Source of the DNA: Wallemia ichthyophaga EXF-994
Taxonomy: Eukaryota; Fungi; Basidiomycota
Length of the DNA stretch: 32,000 nt
Reading direction: 5' to 3'
Assembly: GCF_000400465.1 (NCBI RefSeq)
Contig: NW_008806288.1
Span: 210,001-242,000 of the forward strand
Under the pieces are notes generated by a model that was not told where the DNA came from, made no database searches, and saw only the letters and a list, made by a program, of their open reading frames with translations. Positions within the stretch are counted from its first letter, which is position 1. Each line of letters begins with the position of its first letter. This document shows, one piece after another, positions 22,835 to 32,000 of the stretch. The translations under genes and the position numbers were made by a program.

Positions 22835-24193
22835 TCAAACCAATCTCAAACTCAATTTGAAAGGTAAGTTAGCGTCAGTGACAAGAATAGTCTGTCCTTT
22901 ATAATCTGAGAGTGATTTACTCAGATTTTGGCGAGTATATTCCTCTAATTGTGGTGGGTATTGAAGATAGATATTCCCTTGATCGTTACTGAGTGAAGGC
23001 TTCCTCACTTGAAACTCTGCTTTCTGCTTCAATATCTCAAGCAAGTCCTCCACAATCATTTCGTCTTTAACTTCCAAGTCCATCGTTTCACCACCGCACA
23101 CCACGCAGCTCTCCCTCTTCTGGTGCTCGAATGTATAGGTGAAGACACCCTCATTTCCTATGAACATCATGTAATTGTTCAAATATGCAGCTGTTGTCGT
23201 CGCTATTTTGAATGCTTCATTGCAGCAACTTGCAGCGATGATTGCGTTTGTTGATGCGACTGATGGTATTATGTTTTTTACGACGCCCTGTACCAATGAC
23301 CAATTCACTCCCTCAATATTAAACTCCGTGGCTCTGGTGAGAGATTTGTTGAGCAGCCACTCGATGTGATCTGGGTCGTCGTTATCGAGCTTTTTAGATG
23401 GGAACACTTTAGGCCATTCCAGCACACTGGCCCATTCAATGCAGTGCTCGGGCAAGCGTGGAGTGTTTGCAATTGTACAGATCGGGAAGGTAGTCGGTGG
23501 TGTGAGCATATCCAAGCTACACTCGTAGCAACTGCTGATGGTGGGTAAAATTACTCTCGACTGGCCTTTAAAACCCTCCGTACCGCCATCGATCAATGGC
23601 TTTAGCGACTCTGGGTTATCGTCATCGACCATGTTGTAGAGAGTTGCGTTTATCCAGCGCCGAGCTTCCACGCTATCCAAACCACAAACCACCAAGTTGA
23701 ACTGCATATAAAAATCATCACCAAAGTCTTGTATCTTGTTGTGGTGGGCTGTTACTTTAACGTTGGGTATACGCTTCATCACAAAGTCTGCAGCGGCAAC
23801 TGCCTTTGATTTGCCAACATCTGAGGATCTGAACAGGAATTGACGGTTGAGATTTGAGACGTCAATGGTGTCCTTGGAGGTCGTGAGCCTTCATCGCTAC
23901 ACGAAGCCTAATACTAACCATATCGATGATATGAAGATCTGAGAAGCCAGTGAGAGCGAGATTAGCTACAATCTCACAGCCTAATCCACCGGCACCGATG
24001 ATAAGAACTTTGCATTGCTCCCTCAAGAACTTCTTAACCTGAGATTACTCAGTCAATTGAAGTAATTAAGTCTTACAACACCCACATCTTTTCCAGCTTG
24101 AAAGTACTCGTCTGTAAATGGCCCTCCTTTCTCCAGTACCTTATCTACGTGCGCGTGTGTCTGTGTATGTGCCTGTCCATTTCCGTGGCTCAT
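22835..24193 (-). CDS. UBA3: NEDD8-activating enzyme E1 catalytic subunit Uba3
   Basis: Exons 24193-24086, 24038-23919, 23872-22835 (1266 nt). Motifs [49 protein letters not shown], catalytic [16 protein letters not shown]-terminal E2-binding domain. Confidence 0.96.
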
Positions 24194-24278
24194 CCTTGCT
24201 CACTGTTTGAGAAGCAAAGCGCAAATGACGAAATGAGCAAATAAATATTCAAGAAAATAAATGAGATTACAAATTACT

Positions 24279-27200
24279 TTAATTGTTTCTACTCTTTTTG
24301 TTGCTGCGTGTATCTGAAATACTCGATGAAGCTCGCTTATGCGAAGGCTGAGGACTCATCGTGTTGTATCTATTCCTAAAGTCATTCAGATTGCTCACTG
24401 CCATCTTCTCCAATGCCTTGGCTGATAATGAAACAGGCGCATCTGCTCCATTGTAAAGTATTGCGTTGTGCGTCATTAACTTTATATCACCCTCAAACGC
24501 ATCCACCGACGGATATTGATCTTTTTCCAGTTTCGTCTGTATCAAAGACAGATCTCTCATGTTCTCTTTAGGTATTACTTCGTTATAATTTGGAATACCC
24601 AATGCAATTGGATCAACCTATATATAATCGTTAGCATGTTTCAATTACGCCATTCCAAAACGTACCGGCTGTAAGAACCAGAAAGCATGCTCATTCTTGT
24701 ACCATACTTTCATCATCGATAGCAAGCTCCTCTTTTCATTGTGCGGGATCTTCGGCGTCATTAGTATCTTCCACTCTTTCCTCAAAGCTCTCTCCACTGG
24801 GTCGCAAGTCTGCGCAGTCAACATACTTGTCTCACCAGGACCATTGAATTGTCTGCAATTCTTAAATATTTGTTCTATATCTCCGATGAATTGATCGCCA
24901 TTCTCGTACTTTTTCTCGTCCAACTTCCTGTTTATTGTAGAGAAGTCCATCGGATGCTTGATCTCATCCAGATACGTTGGACAACCATGCAATATGGGGT
25001 CGACTGGCTGTAAGAATATTGCGGCCTCAGGCATGCTCATCAGTTTTCTAATCAAAATCTTGGCTTTTCTGTTATCAAGATGACCGTCCGGTAGCTTTGA
25101 AGGAGTGCTTGAAGATGCTTTGGGAGGTGGAGGCATTTTTTGCACTGGTTTGTTATCTGACAGAGCCAGAAGCTCATCATCGAGTGCGTCTTCGTTGCCA
25201 TTCTGCACTGGAGCAGAAGTAGGAGCTGGAACAGGCGCAGGCGTAGACGTAGGTTCATTTTCTTCTGGTAGACTCTGTTGAGCTGGAACTGACTGTGCTT
25301 TTTCCATAGGTTCTTCTGGTGCCTCTGATACCGTGACCGGAGCTTCAGGAATAGGTTGAGATTGAGATTCTTGCATACTTGGTGCTGCAACAGGCTGTGT
25401 GTCAGCTGGTGTAGCGTCAGTCTGGATTTTTTCTGCGGTTGATTCTGGTTCAGGCGCATCTGATTGAGCAGTTTGCGGTGCTGCCGCTGTATCCACCACC
25501 CCATTAGCTTCAGGTTGCTTTTCCTTATCGCCATTACTATCAACAGGCTTAGGCGGTTTCAGCTTAAGAGAAAGCCTAGGCTTGGCTGGTTGTGCTGGAG
25601 GTGGACTTGGTTTAGATGGCGAAGAAATTGCCGCAGCCGGTTCTGGTTCTGGTTCTGGTTCTAGTGCTGGTGCTGGTTCTGGCCCCGTCGGAGGACTTGT
25701 CATCTTATCATTGACTTGCACAGTAGGCTTACGTCCTGTAGCGGCATTGAGCGTGTTCGTCATTCGCTGCCATTGCTTATCGAAGACTGCATCTAGCTCC
25801 AGCGCGGTCTTGTGCACTGGTGACGATGGACCATTGTAAGTCGTTGCATTTTGAACGATCAACTTAAAATCAGCTTCATATTCGAACCTGTTGGCGTAGT
25901 GTCCACCATCCAACTTAGCTCCCATGGTTCCAATGTCCATTGGCGTTTTAATCACCGAAAAGTAATCAGGCGCACCGTCTCTGACTGGGTCAACTGGATA
26001 TAAGAACCACCCTGCCAACTTGTGTGATTGTAAGCGCTTGTGAAGAGCTCTACAAGCAGTGACGTCTTGACTAGCCATACCATTCCTTTGAGCTTGAGGA
26101 ACAGCTTTGTCTTTCTTCTTTCTAAGCGAAACATTCAATCCACCTCCACCAACAGGTTCAGTAACGTGTCCGTTTGCTGTACCATTCATCTCTGGTACTT
26201 CAGGCTCAGGTGTCTCATCTTCCATACGAACCGGCACAACGGGATCCATACTGACTGGTACAGGCTGCGCTGGTTGTGACGTCGGCGCCTTGAGCTTGAT
26301 CTTCATCGGCATTGCAGATGCTGGCTCTGCTGGCTGATGAGGTGCTGGGGCAGGTAACTTGAATTTAACTTTAGGTAACGGCTCAGCATTGCCTTTGTAT
26401 AGAACATCACAGAGCTGTAGCAGCGTCCATCTAACGTGGTAATCGACTTGAGGGGATAGCAACACAGCCATGATACCCATTCTCAAACTAGCAATTTTTC
26501 CGACATCCTTTCGAAGCCCCTTCAACTGCCGATCCAATTCGCTCTTACTAGAATCTTTCTCTTTCGCTTCGCTCAGCTTAGCATCTTCTTCAATGAATTG
26601 CGGTTCCTTCTTCTGAATAGCAGCCAATTCCCCAGTGGCCATGAGAACAATCAGCGATTCGATCATCGATTGGGCAAGCGACCTTCTGACTACTCTTGAT
26701 TCATCGTATCCAAGTATTGTTGAGAAATATTGAATAATTGGTCGATGGCGGAGAGAACCGAGCAGCATCAAGCAATCGAAAGCGACTATCCTTAAAGGAG
26801 GATAGTTACCCTCTCTGCACGAACTGTAAGTAACGTAAAGGGACGTGTTATGTTTTCTCACCTTGTATAAGGAATAAACAAAGGTGCGTTGTATGGTAGT
26901 ATACCGGCAATCATTAGTTTGACGTTGAATTCAAGGGTAGCTACGGATATAACGTTCTGATAAGATGGTACGAGTCTATCCATGGTTCTATACCTCTCAA
27001 CCTCTTCGACAGCAGCACGTCGAATGAGGGGACCAAATGGATGGTCATCTGCATCCGGATCCTCGTCCTGTTGAAGTACGCTGGCCTCATGCTGAACCGT
27101 CGGCACTAGTGCGATAGCCAAGCAGTTGATGATACCAGATAGGTAATAGCTGTCTGAGTACTAAAACAGAGTAAGCGGTGAGACTCTCAAACAAAAGTCA

Positions 27201-30191
27201 CTCACTCTATTTGTCGAATTGTCATTGTATTTGAGCTGATCGACGAGGAACTCTCTAATGTTCAGCATAGATCTACTCGTTTGATCTCTGATAGAAGTTA
27301 AAGAAACGATGACAGCCTTACGAACGAAATATTCGCTGAGGTCGTCAAAGTTGTTAGCCAGCGGTATACACTTGAAACCAAAAGGATCCATAATTTCTTG
27401 CGGAGGTGGATAGCAGAATCTTGACTGGAATATCTTAAAGAGGTGGAACATTCCAACATAATCCAATTCAGGAGTTGCACAGGTATGCAGCACCATAGCA
27501 GCTTCCATTCTAATTCTAAAGAAGTAATTGGTGACCAGAACAGTCCTGGTTAGTTGAGTGGAAACCAGTTTGGAAGGAATAGACTTGAGCGCGTGGACAG
27601 CTTCCAACTGAGCAACAACATCTCTATCACGCTGTAGTTGGGACACCCACATGAAATCAGGTTGCTCAAAAGTAATCATGGAGATCCATTCAAAGTCTGC
27701 ATCAACTCTGATCCACTCGTACGTTGCTTGTGACATAGCAGCTTCATCATCCTCGGTCCAATCTTCTACCTTCCATCTGTCTCTCTCCGATTCCTGTTCC
27801 CAATCGTTGAGCTGGAAACCCAAATCTATCATACCAATAGCCTCAGCAGCCTCTTCATCACCTTGGGCAGCAGCAGCAGCAGCAGCTTGTCTAGCTTGAT
27901 AACGCTTTGTGTTCCTTCTAACACGCTTATATTTCGTGTTGAAAGGCACATCGAATCTCTTGTTGGGTTCCTTTATATCCAAAACATGCTCATATGGTGT
28001 ACCATCAGCTTCGTGAATTCTAACAGTCATCTGACCTTCAAAAACTTGGGTTGGCCTGTTAAAATGAATTTCAGGTGTATCGGGTGTATGTGCGTCATAT
28101 GCTGGTGATTCTTGCTTTACTGTCATTTCAACGCACATTTTCTTTCTGTTAAAATTGGCTCCAATCATGAATCTAGGTGTACCAGATCCAAAAATCCATT
28201 GATCAGCAAACGTTCTTAAATCAACTCCGGCAACTTTTCTGCAAGTCCTCAAGAATCCATTTGTTGATATAATAACGTCACCAGAAAGCGCGCCCAGGAA
28301 GATTTTTGGCAGAACTCTAGACAATCCATGAGCTGTACCAGATTTAGATAGCTTTCTATCGAGAATGTGCAAGACAAGTGGTGCTTTCAAGAGTAAAAAT
28401 GGTGCGTCGTTATCATTTGGTGGTTCAAGCGCATTTGGTACGCTAAGTGGTGGTAGTTGGCCCGTATCATTCATTGCTAAACGATCCATATCCTTCTTCA
28501 TTCTAAAGAAATACTCATTGTTACCCATAGATTTCTTCAAAAAAAGATTTGCAATATAGCTAGCTAAGCCTTGAACTAGCCACATATCAGACCAAGATCT
28601 TGGCATGATATTAATACCAGACCATTGAGTGGCAAGAGCGTGTGATATTTTATGGCGAGTATCCAACGTCTGTTCGATAGCAGATGCAGGGTGCAGAAGA
28701 TCTAGAGACATGATAACGACAGTAGAATACACAGTGACGTCTACCGGAGGATCATGCACGAAAACGACTTTGAAGGAAGAAAATGGGTACATACCATGCT
28801 CTGAGCTGTAGAAATGAAGAGCACGTGGAACTATAGCTACGGAGGCGGCCAACTCTTTAGCAGAACCAGGTGGACCAAAAGCGTGTAGGGAAGTGGATTG
28901 GGTGGTGCTAGAAGTATGCGGTATTGGTAGGACGTTGAAAGGACCAGCTGCAAAAGCAATATGCTGTACGGAAGTGGGTAGAGATTGAGCAAAGTGGAAG
29001 ATAGTCTTGGAGGATATCGATGGATGAGCGACTTGTTCGACTAAATCACCTGAAGAGACGACAACGACAGGCTCATCTTGTTCACCTTCAACGCCATCCT
29101 CGCCAACAGCACTTAAAAAGCGTGGAGTGATATATTCCAATTCCCACGTACATCTCTCCCAAAGACTGTCAATACAGGGGACCCAACAGCGGGCAGCATC
29201 GGGGCATGTAGGAGAGGTGTAAATGTGAGGGATGCGATAAGGGGAAGTTTCTGTTGGCTTGACGACTTGTAGGCCTTCGAATGGATGAGTGATAGAAAAC
29301 TCAACGAAGATGGTGAGAGGGGCGAAGTCTTGAGAGTTGTTAGCAGCCTCCTTGCTTTCCTTCTCCTTTTCTTTCTCTTTTTCTTTCTCGCTTTGCTTTT
29401 GCTTCTCTTTCTCATTCTCGTCGTGCTTTTCTTGGTTGTGGTTCTCTTTATCCTTCTCTTTGTCATCCATGTGCTCTGCTTGCTCGTCTTTATGCACTGA
29501 TTGCTCTGTACCATTCTCTGCGTGGCCTGCATCTTTCTCTGCTTGCTCTTTATCGTTATTATCTTTCTCAACGTCTGTCTCGTCAATCCGCTTCTCCTTA
29601 TCTTGAGCAGAAGGCTCATCAGGAAGTAGGGAAACCTGATCGCCTACGCCACGCGAGATACAACGAGGCGGGAGGACAATACTCAGCTCGCCTTCATCGC
29701 CTTCAGAAAGGGCAGAATAGACTTTACGCTTGAGTTCGGGATGGCGGTGTACGTCGATCTTGCCGTCTTTGCCATGGCGTTCGCTAAGGGCGATATTCGA
29801 CTGAGGGTCGAAGTGGGTGAAATCAGCGTGAGCGGGGGCAGCGTGAGCGTGAGGTGGGGTGACGAGGACTCTGTGGATATCTGTGGAGGTGTGAGCCAAA
29901 TGGGCGTAAAGGATCACCGCCCAACTCACTCGCCTGCCTCGAATGGATGTTGACCGTCTTGAGAGCGTCTGTAGTGGGAGTGATAGTGAGTTCGGTGAAT
30001 CCCTGAAGAGTGTAAGCGTGATTTCAAGGCGTGCAATTGCCGCTTCACGCACCCTGAAAACACCGCTGAAATCGACCTCGAGACAGACTCGCTGGTGGGT
30101 TGTTTGCGGGCGTTAGAATGACCGCGTAAATTATCAGTATAATCACTTATAAGCTAAAGCCGCGCTTGTGCGCTTCTCGTGAAACGGCCAT
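24279..30191 (-). CDS. TAF2: TFIID subunit Taf2 (aminopeptidase-like fold) fused to three C-terminal bromodomains
   Basis: Exons 30191-30151, 30101-30053, 30002-29930, 29880-27206, 27160-26862, 26814-24666, 24617-24279 (5625 nt, 1874 aa). Motifs FSLTHQRVCLEVDF, ARCWVPCID, WSDMWLVQG, GQMTVRIHEADGTPYEH, EWIRVDADFEW, WVSQLQRDRDVVAQLEA. Three bromodomains follow (see findings). Confidence 0.95.
30102..30150 (-). other. AT-AC intron (U2-type signals), TAF2 intron 1, 49 nt
   Basis: AGC TT|ATAAGT...TTCTAAC...GCAAAC|A ACC CAC CAG gives RGFSLTHQRV. Read-through hits TAA, and the nearby GT lies after that stop. Confidence 0.8.
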
Positions 30192-30220
30192 CTTCACTGA
30201 TCAACTACCTATCTTTCGAG

Positions 30221-32000
30221 ATGATGGCTGTTGCTTCACAAGCGACTTCGAGTGAGGCGATACACCGTCTGATGCACCAATCCACTCAGCCTGTCTCGCT
30301 GGCTGTGATTAATTCCAAACGCAATCCTCCCCATCCGCCTCGCCCGCCACCCAGACAGAAGCGTCAGCGCAGGACTGCTTCCACTGCGCTAGTCCTTCTA
30401 GGAGCCGCAGATACTTCTTGTAGCGATAGAGAGGCTTTATTAGCAGCACTGCGTGATGCAGACAGTAGGATTTGTGGGTCTCCTCTTTTTTCCTGGTTTT
30501 TTCTCATTCTGTGGCGCAGTCGATGGCCAGCCGCTGCTCGAACCCGATCAGTTATTCGCGGTGGGCGATGTAGCGGGACAGCCTCTCTCGCCATCTCCAT
30601 CTCCGTCTCCATCGCCCTCGCTCTCGCCGTCTCAACGTCAGCCTCCTCCCGCTAAGGTCAAAGGCGCGACACCGTTCGAACGCGTTGACGTCGGCTGCAG
30701 CGACGACGACGGCGACGGTGTGGTCGACATCACAGACGAGTTGCGCGAGAAACATCACAAGCGGTGTGAGTACGATGAGCGACGCATTCGCAAACTAGAG
30801 AAAGAGCAACTGGTGCATGACCGGTACAAGTTGCAAGAGAAGCAAGACGCACTCGCGGCGCTTGAGTTGGAGGACAGCGAGGATATACCCGAGGAGGTGA
30901 TAGCACTGTCGAGTGGGATCTCCCTCGAAGACCGCCCACTAGCTCTCGAGCTACAGCAGAAGCTGTTGTACGAGAACGACAAGATGCTCCAACGATACGA
31001 CCTTCTCCTCAAATCTGATATTAAGGGGAGAGTATATCCCAAACCGCAGTACTCCTCTAACCCGTCCCCGTTCGATGTTCGCTGTGTTGGCGATAAGGGC
31101 ACGTACTCCGCCAGCGAACAGATGCGCAGCTTGGAGCAGAGAGTGTTCAAGGTGGACATGCAGTCGCCGTTTAGAGTCAGATTGAAAATGCCTCCCTCGA
31201 CGAGAAAGTCGCTTAAGTCTTCTCAGAATATCTTAGCCTCTCCACTCAGTCGCTTCAGGACGCCTCTGACTCCCAAGACACCTGCTGCTGCTGCTGCCAC
31301 TAGCAATGCTCCTTCGGCTCTCTCTATAGCTGCAGATGCCCGCCTTACCTCACGATCACAAGACAAAAGTAGAAGAAAGTCACAGCGGTCGCTCGTAGCT
31401 TTCGGTGTGAATATACCCAATGAAATCGATAAGGAGCGTGAATTCAGTCTCGTAGATGCAGCCGAGGGTTATGGGCTGTGGACTGGGACAGAGAACGAGT
31501 TTGACAGTAGGAGGATGTGGGAGGACGCTTTGTCGTGCAGAGAGCGAGGAGAAGCGCATGTTTTCGCAACCACAAGTGCAGATGCCGCGAAGCCAACCGT
31601 ATCTCTGCCAGTGGGAACGATGACGACGCCTAAGAGGACTTTAGCTGGGGCTGACGCTGCTTCAGCGTCTGCATCTGCATCTACTTCAACTACGCCTGCG
31701 TCGGATGAAATGGAGTGGGTCGAATCACCTGCATCACCTTCATCACCACCTTCTTCTACGCCTAAAACGTCACGGGAGATGTATGCACAGCTGTCAACAC
31801 CCAAACGAGGCAAGAAACGCGGTAGGAAATCGCCGATGCGCGCTGAAAGCAGTAAAAGTATTAAAATCGATAATAAAAAGACATCATCGGTGACGGGTAG
31901 AGGACGAGGTAGACCGCCGCGGTATGGTGAGAATGTTGAAAACAAACCGCAGGAACCGAAGCTTAAACCGGGAACGGTAACTTCCACGATTAGAGGAAAG
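30221..32000 (+). CDS. SAS4: Sas4-domain protein (SAS histone acetyltransferase complex subunit 4-like); 3' end lies outside the window
   Basis: Exon 30221 (or 30272)-30473, intron 30474-30519 (alternative donor 30465), then a frame open to 32000. DITDELREKHHKRCEYDERRIRKLEKEQLVHDRYKL resembles the Sas4 domain. Also SLVAFGVNIP...EFSL, an SP repeat and AT-hook-like GRGRGRPPR. Domain identity is from recall, not a search. Confidence 0.65.

Noticed and set aside
28600-28700. TAF2 aminopeptidase-like domain lacks HEXXH (reads HKISH...)
   Set aside because: Taf2 is a known catalytically dead M1-peptidase fold.
29330-29600. E/K/D-rich low-complexity block (EKEKEKEKE) in TAF2 and the antisense SFSFSF ORF
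   Set aside because: Ordinary disordered insertion; the antisense ORF is a by-product of the repeat.
8460-32000. Apparent clustering of nuclear regulation genes (BRR2, GATA, C2H2, UBA3, TAF2, SAS4-like)
   Set aside because: These are housekeeping categories common in a reduced genome, with no shared pathway. No secondary-metabolite cluster, transposase or horizontally acquired gene is evident.

Overview
Eukaryotic DNA from a very gene-dense fungal genome, most likely a basidiomycete. The compaction, ~45-50 nt introns and protein families suggest Wallemia or a similar lineage; this is inference and no search was run. Manual splicing gives 14 protein-coding genes and 43 coding-region introns, and every complete model sums to a multiple of 3. 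In order: CDK/Csk1-like kinase (-, runs off the 5' edge, missed by the ORF track), FAD oxidoreductase (-), importin-9 (+), seipin (-), TatD-family nuclease (+), BRR2 helicase (+), two-finger GATA factor (+), guanine deaminase (+), NNT1/EFM7-like methyltransferase (-), RluA-family pseudouridine synthase (-), Msn2/Seb1-type C2H2 factor (-), UBA3 (-), TAF2 fused to three bromodomains (-) and a Sas4-domain protein (+, runs off the 3' edge). I could support no RNA genes, transposons or CRISPR arrays. The main signal is in splicing: two 49-nt introns (first introns of TAF2 and importin-9) restore conserved protein motifs only when read as ATAAGT...AC, i.e. AT-AC introns with major-spliceosome (U2-type) signals. 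A GC-AG intron ending in a CAGTAG tandem acceptor also occurs. Other oddities are overlapping convergent CDSs, 29-33 bp intergenic gaps and a tandemly duplicated intron unit in the seipin leader.
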